64,000 nucleotides of DNA, taken from the NCBI GenBank assembly GCA_963514005.1, contig OY740787.1:72416001-72480000 (forward strand), given 5' to 3'. Positions 1 through 12,944 of this stretch are shown here, in pieces. The notes under the pieces are model-generated. The model did no database searches. It was given only the letters and a program-made list of their open reading frames with translations, and was not told where the DNA came from. The number at the start of each line of letters is the position of its first letter. Position 1 is the stretch's first letter. The stretch comes from Raja brachyura. Taxonomy: Eukaryota. A program made the position numbers and the translations under genes.

Positions 1-377
1 AACCCTGTCATCAACCTAGAAATGGTTTTTGGGCAGAATTGGGGAATCCACTGATTTAAAAATGAATAACAACATGATAATTATTCATTTGGTGGAGGGG
101 TTGGAAGGGGAAGAAAATGTTGGCTGGTTGATATTAAAACTGTGGTTTACCATTCACATCCAGGGACAGGAAACAGAATCTGTGGGAAACCCTGGCTGAA
201 TAAATGTGTGTTGGTCTGCAGCAGGTGTACGTGATAAGGATTTCCCTTCTGTATTTACGGGACCTTGCTTCACAGGGTGAGCGTAGACTGAGTGCCGTGT
301 GGTGGGGGTCGGGTTTCAATGTCCGGTTTCTGTTCTGTGTGCAGTGTTCGGTGCTGGCTGCAAACCCATAAACGATC

Positions 378-1200
378 ATTGTCATTGAATGGACACATTT
401 CTGAAGATATGGAAGTACATAAATCCCTGCCCCCTGCACCATTTCCTCAGCCACACATTCATGTCCTGTATCTTCCTGTTCCTGCTCTCGCCAGCACGAG
501 GAACTGGAAGCAAACCGGAGATAACAACCCTGGAGGTCCTGCTTTCCAGCATTTTTCCGAGCTCTCTAAAATCACGCTGCAGAATATTCATCCCCTTCTT
601 TCCGACATCGTTTGTGCCGACATGCACTACCACTTCTGGCTGTTCACCTTCGCCCTTGAGGATTTTCTGCACTCTGGCCATGACATCCTGGATCCTGGCA
701 CCAGGGAGGCAGCACACCATCCTCGAATCCCGTCTGTTGCCACAGAAACCCCCGTCCGTACCTCTCACAATGGAGTCTCCAACTACCATGGCGTTGCCTG
801 ATGTTGGTCTCTTTGGTTTTGGCTCAACAGCACTTTTTGCTTCGCAAGCCAGTCTGCCGCTCAGTGTGTTAACGTCTTCTGTCCCGACAGCTTCTAAGTG
901 GGTGAACCTGTTCACAAGAGGTACAACACCCATGTTTCCTTCCCTTTCTCACCATCATCCACCTTATCTCTTCCAGTACCTTAGGTGTAACAATCTCACT
1001 GTAGGACTTGCCGAGGAACGACTCAGTTTCCCGGACGAACCTGAGGTCACCCACTTGTTTCTCCAGTTCCCCAACACGTCCTTCAGGAGCTGTACCTGAA
1101 TGCACTTCTCACATTTGTAGCAGCCAGAGGCACCATCAGTGTCCTTGCCCTCCCACATCCTGCAAGCATCACACGGAATCAGCTTGCTTGACATCTCCTT
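378..1200 (-). pseudogene. CR1-clade LINE ORF1 remnant: N-terminal Cys zinc-finger/coiled coil plus SGNH/GDSL esterase domain, frameshifted
   Basis: Overlapping ORFs 964..1194 (CDAC...CEKC), 869..1105 and 382..933 (VVGDSIVRG, VCCLPGAR, VVHVGTNDV) together give the typical CR1 ORF1 layout across three frames. Confidence 0.9.
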
Positions 1201-3936
1201 CTTTCATCTCTCCCTCTCCAGCCTTTGATGGTGCATCCTCCGCGCCGAAGAACCCCAGCCAAATACTCTCACTTTTCTCACAGGGCACTTAAAAAAAAAG
1301 CCTGGCACTTTTCTCACAGGGCATGTCCTTCAACAGGGCTGCACCCAGACAAGGCTGCACCCTTTGAGCAAGTCTTGCTTATATCAGATGCTAAATTGCC
1401 TAATTGTCCAATTTACCAAGTTTCGGAACGTAAATTGCAAGGTGCACAATTTGGAGAAGCTGATCTTCATGTTTGAATTTATTAAGATAATATGGTTGCA
1501 TTCATGTGGTCCACAGGACCATGTGTGGAATTTGGGGAGGTAGGTTTGGTATCGGGGTGGTGATGCTTGGGCCAGAAGGCCCCTTCCAGTCACGTAAAAT
1601 CAACATACAGCATGAGCCCTTGGACAAACATTCAAATGTTCACTTTATAACCTTGTGGACATGTGTCTGCACAGCTCCAAAAGACAAAACAATTAAATTG
1701 CTAATGCCTAATTTTCCAACAGCAGATAAGATATCGAGTAATGATCAACTTATGCCACCGCCATTTAAACGGTATGATTAATGCCAAACAACCATGTTGC
1801 TGTTTATCATGGTCCTGTTTTCTCTGCAGTACAAAAAACAGGTTGGATCTAAGCATTCTGATTCAACATTTATCCTTTAACAAACAACATTTTAACAGCC
1901 TTGCTTCTTTATTGCTGTTTTTGCACCTGGGGATTTAATTTGTAACTACAGTTGACACATATCTATAAACTAGCTGGAAAGTACTCTGACAGATCCTGAG
2001 ATGTGGAAGCTCCCAAATAATTTGTTTTTGCCCCAGTTCTGTACCCTTTCTTAATCTCACGTCAGTGCTTGTTAGTGCTTGCTTTGGAAGAGGCATTGTC
2101 TGCTGGCATAGCTATTGAAATGTTTCTGGCATTGCACTTAGACCTTTTGAATGCTTGTATCATTAACAATAATTCTGCCTTCCTGCTTGGCATAAACTGT
2201 ATGAGCTCAACAAATAATTCTGCACAACTTTAAGGAAAAGCTTTGCAATTGAAAAATGGTATTAGTGCAGCTCCACCATTTTTGAATACGCTAATGCCAA
2301 ATTGTAATGGTGTGAGGTTTATTGTCTATAATGGTCCACAGCCGATTAAGATTTGGCCCCTGGGACACAAAGATGGCTGGGCGAGGAGGTCGAAGGCGAC
2401 GGAGGAGGTCCTGCAGGAGCCTGGGGCTGACCAGGATCAGGAACTGCTCCTGTAGACTGAGCACTCGGTTGTTCCAGACTTTGGACTGTGGAAATGGAAC
2501 CAATACATGTCGAACCTGCATGTGTACATATACAACAATAATTTCACTGTGCAGTTGCTTGTATGACAAATAAAGCACCATTGAACGGTTAAGGAGAGCA
2601 CATTTAACATTGTCGTGCCAATGTTTGCTACTCTTCTCCAAGTCACAGTTGTGCTTTCTTCTATTTTCCAGGGTCGAATGCTTTAAATTAAACATTAATA
2701 TACCCAAAAACATGACTGCTGCCTGACTTTACCATTGATGCTGTTACTCTGCCATTTCTCTTCTTTGGATATACCATTGTCAACTCTTGCAACTGCTTTG
2801 TAGAATAAATGGAAAAAGGAGCCCAGTGTTTGATGTGGCACCTCTCTCGATCAAGGTCTCACACTTGGGTCTCTTGAGTAGGGCTGAATTTACAACTTTT
2901 TGGACTTGGCACTCAACATAAGTGAAAGGTCAAAACGCTATTTAATGAACAATATTGTCGGAATTCATGAGTTAAAGACATTTGGATCTCCAAAAAGAAA
3001 ACAGAAGTAGCATATTGTGAAACTTGATTTCACACCAAATCAAAAAAAGATGTGATCATGGGTGAGGTCAAAAAGAAATTGCTATTTTGTACTTGAGTAG
3101 AAATAACCAAAACAGTAATTTTTTCTGGACAGTTTTTAAGGGAAGGACAGAAAACAAACGTATCCTTTTTTTTTGTTGTTGTTTGGTTTCCGATGAGTCT
3201 CAAACTCTGCTGACTCAAAGCAACAACTTACATTTATAAACCACCTATTGTATAGCAGCACAGAATGAGCACGGCAAGGGTGCTGTCATTGAAAGAAATA
3301 TTGTTGACCTAATAGTGTAACTATTAAATAGATAGGTTTAAAATGTGTAGCGGTGGTTTTGGGAGTTAATTTTCAAGGGCAGGGTTAAAGCAACTGAAGC
3401 ACAATTTCCAACAATGTAGTGATGTTATATTTTGAGTTTACTTTTTGAAGGGTGCTGATACCGCAAAGGTTAATAGGCTTGGAGCAGAATGCAGAGATGG
3501 GTAAAAGACAGTGAAGAATTTGCAAACAAGGATTAGTATTTAAAAAAGTAAAACATGCAACATCACAAATCCCTCTCCTGGGACCATGCGATAATTTGAA
3601 TCACCAGTGTGAAATGCAGAATTGAGCAGGTGAAGGGTAACCTTCTATATTCCAGTCAAACTTGATTTTTGAAGGTTAAAGTCACCCCTTTTATTTGTGT
3701 TCACTTTTCCATCTACGCAAAAACAAATCTGTTTTCATCCATTTGTAGCCAAAATCTACACTCAATAAAATAGTTTGTTGTGCGGTTCCAATAACAAGTT
3801 AAACGGGTTCATGAGGACATGCAATCTTAAATAAAGCTGAAAAAAAAGAATGCGATGGGGTTTTGTTCTACTTCGTACATAGACAAAAGGTAAATGGATG
3901 GACTTGTCACTGGGAATGACTGGTGATTGTAAACAA

Positions 3937-4810
3937 TGGGAATGCTAGAGTATAAAAGGATGGTTATTGATTTGAAGAGTTGGGACATCGTGTTGTACCT
4001 GTGCATGACATAGCTTAGGCCACACTTGGAATAATTTGTGCGTTTTTGGTCGCCAGACAACAAAGAGGATGTGACAGCACTAGCAAGAGTGCAGAAATCA
4101 TTCACCAGGGTGTCATGTAGGAAGGAACTGCAGATGCTGGTTGAAATCGAAGATAGACACAAAATGCTGGCGTGACTCAGCGGGACAGGCAGCAACTCTG
4201 GAGAGAAGGAATGGGTGATGTTTTGGATCAAGACCCTTCTTCAGACTTTTCCAACTACACAAAAATTGTTTAGTTTGAAGGTCTTGACCCGAAACGTCAC
4301 CCTTTCCTTCTCTCCAGAGATGCTGCCTGTCCCGCTGAGTTACACAGTATTTTGTGTCTCTCACCAAGGTGTTGCCTGGAATGATTGGATTTAGTTACAT
4401 GGAGAGACAGGATAGGTTGGGATTGTTCTGACTGTAGCACAGGAGGCTGAGAGATAACCTTGTGAAGGATTATAAAATTATTAGGGGCATAGAAAGGATA
4501 GATATTCAAAGTATTTTCTCAAGGGTCGGGGAGATCAGAAATTGTGCTCATAAGTTTATGATGAGAGGGGAAGTATTTAAAGAGGGTCTGAGGGGCAGGT
4601 TTCATGGATAGTGGTGGGTATATGGGAGAAGCTGCAAGAGGAGGTTGCTGAGCCAGGTACATCACAATATTTAAAAGTAATTTGGTCAGATGCATGGATA
4701 GGAAGGGAATAACTGATATGGGCAAGCTGGATTGGCATTGTTACGCATTGCAGTGTGCATGGATGATGCAGGCCGAAGGGCCTGCTTCCCTGCTGTGTGA
4801 CGCTCTAACC
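3937..4810 (+). mobile_element. Degenerate CR1 LINE 3' fragment interrupted by a Penelope-derived fold-back insertion
   Basis: Similar to the 3' part of the intact CR1 at 58.8-61 kb (aggccacacttggaata..., gtgcagaaatcattcaccagg, 3' UTR ggccgaagggcctg). Confidence 0.8.
4117..4340. mobile_element. Inverted pair of Penelope 3'-repeat (pLTR) copies
   Basis: About 90-bp inverted arms (gacacaaaatgctgg...cttcttcagact / gaaggtcttgacccgaaacgtcacc...ttttgtgtc); flanked by duplicated tcaccag/aggtgt. Confidence 0.8.
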
Positions 4811-6382
4811 CTCTGTGGACTGGGTGTGAATGCTATAGCAGGCATGGAACATAAGAAACAGATGCACGAGTAGGCCTTTTAAGAAATTAAACACCTTTAT
4901 TTTGTCTAGCTGTGCAGAAAGACATGCAAGTATTTTTTTTTAAACTGCTAGACGGGTTAGGCATGCGTCTGGGGGCTATGTGAAGAACCGAGCTGAAATC
5001 TGCTGATGGTAGAAAACTGAGAATGCAGACTTGTTATAACAAGGGACAACAACAATGAGCGTCGATACATCATGAATTTGACCTTGAATAAAATGGGGGG
5101 GGGGGGGGGGGAGAGGAGAAAGAGTGATGCAGGAATATGACAGTCAAGAAATTGTTTTTGCAGGTAAGAGCAATCAGAAATATTCCATAAATGCTTCAAG
5201 CCCTCTATTCTCAAAGTGATTGTAGATTTTTCATTTATTTCTTTTAACCAGCTAAATGTTGAAGCCGAAAGATATTCATACTTATTAACAACGCCGTCAA
5301 ACATTGTGAACTGGAGAACGTCCAAGTTCTGAAATGAATCTACGGTTAATTCTTCCATAGCGACAGTAATTCTGTTCCTGGTAATGGTAAATCATTTTCT
5401 CCAGCTTTTCCTTTGCTTTCTTTCATCTTTGTGCCTGCAACATACGTGGACATGGTGCACATTTATATTAAGTAGGCTTGGCATTCATCCCTCAAACGCG
5501 GACAAAAACAGGCCTGGTATCATTGGTCTCCACAGCATCTTTAATCAGCGTGATCATGTTGTTTATTAAGAAATGTATTTAAAGACAGGACTCTTCTGAT
5601 AAAACAGATACCTCTGCATGCTCTTTTAAATTCATAAGGCTAAATGTTAATAAACTACTTTTGTGCAGTTTTATTAAATAATACAACCAATGTGAAATGC
5701 ATTATTATGTAAATTGCATTCTCTGAACAGATTAGTTAATTGTAACTCATTTGCATAATTAATGAACTCTCAAATGAATAATGCCTTTGCAAATTTTGGC
5801 GTATTGAAGAATAATGCATACTTGTCACTGTACTATAAATCAGGAAGGTCAGTATTTCCTTTCAAACAAAAATTCTGTGCAAAAAAAAATCGAGTTATGA
5901 AATCCCCAGGGTGCAACTGTACTGGCATATGCTGATAAATGTTTAATCTACTTCGAGAGTATGATTATTGTGTTGTTATTAAAATACCATTGAAAATGAA
6001 TTTTGCTATTGTATGCAGGGTGTTTGGAAGTAAATTGAGATTATTTCAACATCTTTGCAACTGATAGCTGAAACGTTTGATGCCATCAACAAATGTGTAA
6101 CATATCACAACATATCGGGGTTCGTCTTTGTTTTTCCTGATCTTTCCCATCACTCTAATCAATATCTTATCATTGGCTTCATTACCTCATCATTATTTCC
6201 TTTTTTCTTTGTACGACTTTTGTACTTTTGCAATTCCAAATACCTCCAAGGTCCCTTTCTCAAAATGGGAAAACCCCAATTTGGCCATCATTGCCTTCTC
6301 AATTTCCCAATTCAGCTGGCAATTTCATGAAATTAAATGGAACAAAAGAATAATTACAGTTTGCATTTGTGTACTACCCTTA

Positions 6383-6990
6383 AGGGCAGCACAGTGGCGC
6401 AGCAGTAGAGCTGCTGCCTTATACCCATGTCCCACTGTACGAGGTAATTCTCCAGACTTTTCCCCTGATTCGAACTCGGAGAATGTTCGTAGTGGGTCCG
6501 TAGGAGTTCGTGGATGTCTCGTAGCAGCTCATAATGCTAACGGTAGGCACTCGGGACATCCGGTAAATTGTGACGTTTATTCCACGAGTAAAAAAATATA
6601 CTCGTGATGAAAATAATTGTTACTTTTTACTCGTACGAGCCATTACGAGACATCCACAAACTCCTACAGACCCTACGACATTCTCCGAGTTCGAATCAGG
6701 GGAAAACTCGGGAGAACTCTTGAATTACCTCGTACAGTGGGACAGGGCTTTACAGCGCCAGAGACCAGTATTCATTCCTGACTACAGATTCTGTCTAGAC
6801 GGAATTTGTACGGTCTTCCTGTGGGTCTCCTCTGGGTGCTTTGGTTTCTCCCGACACTCCAAAGATGCCCTAGTTTTTAGGTTAATGGGCTCTTGTAAAT
6901 TGTCCCCAGTGTGTAGGATTGCACGAGTGTACAGAATGATCACATGGCCTTGGTGGGCCAAAGGGCCTGTTTTCATGTTGTACCTTTAAA
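6383..6990 (+). mobile_element. HE1/V-SINE-like tRNA-derived SINE, split by a MITE
   Basis: Head ggcagcacagtggcgcagcagtagagctgctgcctta|cagcgccagagacc; body ggtttctcccgacactccaaaga; CR1-type tail gggccaaagggcctgtttt. Confidence 0.85.
6422..6749. mobile_element. PIF/Harbinger-like MITE (family A) with long TIRs
   Basis: TIRs over 100 bp (tgtcccactgtacgaggtaattc... / ...gaattacctcgtacagtgggacagggct); TTA on both flanks; removing it restores the SINE sequence. Confidence 0.85.
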
Positions 6991-7127
6991 GTCTAAGGTC
7001 TAAAAGTATTTTATTATAATGATTGTACCCTTGTATGTTAAGGTGGGGGGAGGGGGGTAGCAAAGGAAAATGATGTAGTGGAGGAGGTGAAATGTGATGA
7101 TGCACCAAAAAGGAGTCCGTGAGAAAT

Positions 7128-7225
7128 ATCACCTATTCATGTTGTCTGGATGAATCACCCATTGACTTACTCCAGCACTTTGTGTCTTTTTTTGGTAAAC
7201 CAGCATCTGCAGTTCCTTGTGTCTG
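7128..7225 (+). mobile_element. Penelope 3'-repeat fragment
   Basis: ttactccagcactttgtgtc...aaaccagcatctgcagttccttg, the same tail seen next to the PLE at 61.5-61.8 kb. Confidence 0.65.
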
Positions 7226-8295
7226 CACAAAAAATGTTGTTCGAGCATAGGAATAGTGAATGTCATTTGCAAAAGTATGGAAGTTAACCTAAACTGTGTA
7301 TTCCTATGTTCAAAGGTAGAACTTGGATCATAAAGTGAAAAGAGCCTAAGGATAAATCTGTATGGGGCAGCCTCCTGAAATTCCAATCTATTAACACGGT
7401 ATAAAGTTACTTTTGGAAATTAGGTTAGAAAAGATACAAGTGCATTCCAATGGAGCTAGTTAATGGTAGAGAGTAACCGAAGGGTAGCCAATTGAATATA
7501 ATGGAGAGATAAAGATTCATGGGCAAGGTGTTACTTCACCAGATAGCTGAGAAAAGATTCAGATAATGTTAGATGCAAATAAGAACAATGGAGGACCCGG
7601 CGAAGGGGAGTTGAGGGGGGGGGGTGATGGAAGAACAAAGGGGGAACTGGCACGGATACTTTGTAACTTTGTCAGTGCCGTATGTGGTGTCTATTTGGGT
7701 ATGCAAGCCAAGAATTTCACTGTGACTTGTCACATGTGACAATAAAGTATTCCGTCCCTTCCATCCCAAAATCTAGTTGGTGACAACACATCTGAACAAA
7801 TCTGATGCCAATTTCTAGGTTCTGTGAGATGGGAGACTTTTAGATGTGGTGATTGTGGGAATGATAGAAAAAGTAGAGTGGGGGGGGGGGGGGGGGAGAG
7901 GGATGATAGTTGTACTTTCTAACAATGTTGACTAGCTTGGGCTTCAGGTGTTCTGGATTTTCTTTCTCATAACAAAAACCATGTTTTATCTGATTTTCAT
8001 GAAATCCATCAGGGTGCTACCACAGTTATAGCTTGGGGAACGATTGCACGAGAAAGGAGTCTGTGTCATGGAAATGGTTGAAGAGAAATGAGAAGGAAAT
8101 TGCAGAATGAAGAAGGATTGGTGCAACAGCTGTTGGGAACAGGGAACATGGGGAGTAAAAGAGAAAGGGAATTTGTTTACAATAACTGGACGTGGTATCT
8201 TTACTGATGTTGAAGAAGTGTTAAGAATTTCCCAAGACATTGATGGTAGTATCTTGTCCTTCAAAATAGTTCAGAGGTATCTTTTATATCCCTCT

Positions 8296-8603
8296 TAGTT
8301 TAGTTTAGGTTATAGTTTAGAGATACAGCGTGAAAACGGCCCACTAGGTCCACACCGACCGAAGACTAGTTCTATATTATCCCTCTTTCGCATCCTACAC
8401 ACTAGAGTCAATTTTACAGAAATTCATTAACCTACAATACAAACACTGCATCTCTTTGGAATGTGGGCGGAAACGGGAACTCCCAGAGAAAACCCGTGCA
8501 ATCACAGGAAGAATGTACAAGAACGTCCAAACAGATAGTCAGGTTTGAACCCGGCTCTGTTGCACTGTGAGGCAGCAGCTCTACTGCTGTGCCACTGGGC
8601 GCA
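8296..8603 (-). mobile_element. HE1-like SINE
   Basis: (tttag)n tail, agatacagcgtgaaac, attaacctaca...tctttggaatgtggg, tRNA head gaggcagcagctctactgctgtgccac. Confidence 0.8.
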
Positions 8604-9114
8604 CCATTGTTAGCTTTTGGACCTCATAGTCAGAGAGTCATACATTGTAGAAATAGGCCCTTTGACCCAACTTACCCAGGCCGATAAATATGCCCCATCT
8701 ACACGTCCCATCTGCCTGCTTTTGGCTTGCATCCATCTAAACCTGTCCTATCCATGTCCCCCCCCCCCCCCCCCCCCAATTATACCTATTTCCTCAGTGC
8801 AGATGGAATGTTGGTTGAATGTGTTTATCCTGAGGTTCATCTGATTGCTCACGCAGCGCTCGGTAAGGCACTGGAATGTTGGTCTAGATTTCTGCGCATG
8901 CGTCTCTGGGGTAAAATGTAAAATCCAAAAGCTCCTGCTGTACAGAACATGCTACCTCCAACTGGGCCAGATCCTCCTGCAACAGATTAGTTTTTAATTC
9001 AGTACATGAGATGTGGGCATTGCTGGCTGGCATTTATTACAGTTTGCTAATTGCCCACGATGGATGGATGGATGTGAACTGCACTCCTGAATTGCTACAT
9101 TTGTTTGCAATTAA

Positions 9115-10140
9115 GCTACTAATTCCGCATTGCCCCTCTCACCTTAAAGCTATGCCTTCTAGTATTTGATTTCCTTCCATCCTGGGAAACATATTCTGAA
9201 TGTCTGCCCTCTCTATGCCTCTTATAATGTTATATACCTCTATAAGGTCTCCCCGCAAACCTTTGGCATTCCAGAGAAAACATTCCAAGTCTGTCCAACT
9301 TTTCCTTGTTTATTTCTGTTTATATGTAATAGTTGAGTATAAATGAGAAGTTTGCATAGATATTTTAGATGATGATTGGAAGTTGACCTCATTCCTATGG
9401 ATCTAGCATTACATTCTGGTTAGACTTGGAAAGAACAAGTGAATCTTGTCTGTTAAGAGCACAATAATTCATAGAACATAGAACAGTACAGCGTAGGAAC
9501 AGGCTTTTTGTCCCACATACCATGTCGCACAAGTAGATAAGTTAAGCTAATGTCCTCTGCCTGCGTGTGATCCATATCTCTCCATTCTCTGCATATCCAA
9601 CTGGCTATCTAAATGCCTCTCAAATGCCACTATTGTAAAGCCCCTGTCCCACTGTAAGAAGTAATTCAAGAGTTCTCCCGAGTTTTCCCCTGATCCGAAC
9701 TCGGAGAATGTCCGTAGCGGGTCCGTAGGAGTTCGTAGGTGTCTTGTAGCGGCTCGTAATGCTAACGGTAGGTACTCGGGACATGCGGTAAACTAGTGAC
9801 ATTTTTTCATCCCTGCAAAAATACTCGTGATGAAAAGAATTGTTACTTTTTCTCGTACGAGCCGCTACGAGACATCCACGAACTCCGCTACGGACATTCT
9901 CCGAGTTCGAATCAGGGGAATACTCAGGAGAACTCTTGAATTACCTTGAACAGTGGGACAGGGGCTTAACTGTCTCCACCACCATCCCTGGCAGCACGTT
10001 CCATGCACCCACCACTCTCTGTGTTAAAAAATCTCTTTGAAACTTTGCCCCTCTCACCTTAAAACTATGCTATCGGGTCTTTGATAAATCCACCCTGGGG
10101 AATGAAAAGGTTGTGAGTGTCTACCCCACCTGTGCTTCTC
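9115..10140 (-). mobile_element. CR1 3' fragments (9115-9300 and 9471-10140), the second interrupted by a MITE
   Basis: Tail (atagaac)n and ctccaccaccatccctggcagcacgttccatgcacccaccactctctgtg, the reverse of the CR1 RT C-terminus. Confidence 0.75.
9639..9966. mobile_element. PIF/Harbinger-like MITE (family A, second copy)
   Basis: agcccctgtcccactg...cagtgggacaggggct; perfect TAA TSD (9636-9638 / 9967-9969); highly similar to 6422-6749. Confidence 0.9.
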
Positions 10141-11454
10141 GGTGTTATCTATGTTAAATCAAGACGAACATTTGAGCATGTGACTATCTAGGAGGCATTT
10201 GGGTTTATACTGTAAATGATATAGCTCCTAAATGGTCTGTGAGCAGTAGGTTTTATAACCAGAAAGATGGGATTTTGTAGATTGCGATCTGTGAGGAATA
10301 AACATTTAATCTGTTAAACAGAGATACTTTTGCTCATGTGGTGATCATGGGGAAAGTGATAGTTTCCTGCGTTGGATGCATGTTCATATTTTAAAATGCG
10401 CCTGGAAAGTAACTAATCCCTGATATTGTGACTGTATTTCATGAAAGTGTGCAATGTGATTGTCGCAGGTAAATGTTTGGATAATCATTGGTTAATCATT
10501 GGTGCCATCGTTTACCATAACCTTGATAGATTGCATATTTATTAACCTTAAGGCATGTTTTTTAATTACAACGTCCCAGTCTGTACTCTTCATACATTTA
10601 CAATTCTCTTAATTCAATTCAATTGAAGATGTCACTTTGTATGTCAACTAGAGTAAATCTAGTTAGTAAGTAGAGGATAAAATTATTATTCAGGGATGAC
10701 CACATGTAGTCACTAGGTTTGTTAACCCTTCCGATAAATCTGAGAACATCAGATGACAGATGCAGATTGTAAACATGTTTTGTCTTTCCGCTGACTGGTT
10801 AACACACAATAAAAGCTTTTCACTGTACCTCGGTACGCATGACAATAATCTCAACTAAACTAAACTAAACATTACTGTTGTATTTCATACACAACTATCA
10901 TGTCATATCACTGTGTGTGTGTCTGCCGACATCCAGCTGCCGCGTCTCCGCACTTTGATTTAGTGCTCCGCCAAAACCGGACCCTCCGACGCCGCCGTTT
11001 TTCCCACTTGGCCAGACGTTACGCTTGTACGTTACCAAAGGCGCTCCTCGTTACGTTTAGACGTTGTTACGTACACCGTTTTTAATAAAATACTTCCATC
11101 CCCCCCCCTACCCTTTTTCAAAAATCAAACTGCTCTCACCCATAGAATGTTGATAAACATTCCATCGTGTGATGTCACAATGCCCAATGCTCACAGATGG
11201 CCAATCGGAATGGATCTCATTTACATCTGCCCTCGCGCCAGCCCCCCCCCCCCCCCCTCCCCCTGATGTTCCAGCACGTTCCATTGTGTGACGTCACAAT
11301 GCCATCTCTCACAGATGGCCAATCAGAACGGATCGCATTTACATCTGCCTTGGCCCCAGCCCCAGCTCCCCCCCACTGCAGCCTGTGTCAAAGTGCTTCA
11401 TCACGTGTGTGGGAATAGAGAAAGAGGATTGGGTGTGATAGGGAGTGGGGAATA

Positions 11455-11782
11455 GATGGACTGCCCCTACCCCACCCCCTCCCTCTCTACCACCCCACTC
11501 TTTCCCCTCTCTCCCCCCACCCCTCTCCCCCTCCCTCACACTCTTCCCCCTCCCTCCCCTACCCCACCTCCCTCCTCCCCTCCCTCCCCCCTCCCCCACA
11601 TCGCTCTCACCCTTCCCATCCCTCTCCTCACCCCTCCCACCTCCTCCTCCCACCCCATCCCTCCTTCCCTCTCTTCCCCACCCCCTTCCCTCTTTCCCCC
11701 CTCCCCCTCTGTCCCTCTTCCACCACTCTCCCTACCCCTCTCCCCCTCCCTCCCTACTCTTTCACTTCTCTCCCCCTTCCCC
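11455..11782. repeat. C/T-rich low-complexity tract
   Basis: Near-pure pyrimidine; the Pro/Ser/Leu and Gly/Glu/Arg ORFs over it are compositional artefacts. Confidence 0.95.
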
Positions 11783-12944
11783 GCTTAGTGTGTGACTAGA
11801 GATTATGCTTTTGCATTCACTAATGCACTCCTCATTACATTTAGACATTGTTACATGCGCATTTTTAATAAAATCCTTCTCCCTCCCCTAATATTTCAAA
11901 ATCTTTAAAAAATCAAACTGCTCTCACCCATAGAATGTTGGTAAACATTCTATCGTGTGATGTCACAATGCCCAATGCTCACAGATGTCCAATCGGAACG
12001 GATCTCATTTACATCTGCCCTCGCATCAGCTCCAGCCCCCCCCTCCCCGCCTGATGTTCCAGCACGTTCCATTGTATGATGTCACAATGCCATCCCTCAC
12101 AAATGGCCAATCGCAATGGATCGCATTTACATCTGCCTTTGCCCCAGCCCCGGCCCCTCCCCCTGCAGCCTGTGTCGATATTTGACTGGGGGGACATTGC
12201 CAGCTCGCGTTGCCTTTGAAACCTTTTCCAGAACATTCTTCCCCAATGGTCATTCGGACTTCGTTTCTCGACAGCGATTGATCTAAACGCTGGATTTCTG
12301 CCGTTTTTTCATTTTTCATTTGACACTTTTGTTTTGAAAATCTTATTATTTCAATTTACACTTTTTTCAAAAGGTAAACGTAGACGATGTTTTCAATATT
12401 TATTTATATTTGAATAATTCTTTTTATTAAGTTCTCTGTTATTTGCTCCGCCAAATTAACACACATTTTCCCGTTTTTTTAATATTCTCTCTTTTTTCAA
12501 AGGACTCCATTACTCCACTTTGAAGAGGTTATTGCTTTTCTGTTTCTAAACTTTGCAGTTATTTTATTTGCCGATTTCCACAGCCGTGTTTTTCAAATGT
12601 TATCTTTATTTTCAATTTAATTCATTTTGAACAGATAATTGTGTTTAAAAACCTTGCGCTGTTTTAGACAAGTGATAATCTGCTGTTTTAGACAAGTGAT
12701 AATTTTATTTCATTTTCTGATTTTCATAGCTTATCTATAATTTACATTAGACAAGTAATTTTTTTTAAATGCTTAAAAAAAAAACCATTAAAAATCCGTT
12801 TTAAAAAATTCTCTTTATTCGATTTACAGCATTTTTAACATTTTTAAGAGTTCTCTGTTATTTGCTCCGCTAAATTTACCCCCATTTTTCACCGTTTTCT
12901 TTTAAATTCTTTTGTTGTGTTTGATTTAATTCTACAGGAAAGTC

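Noticed and set aside
389-1099. Plus-strand ORFs over CR1 ORF1 (and similar antisense ORFs at 49418, 59589, 62398)
   Set aside because: Antisense shadows of retroelement coding sequence
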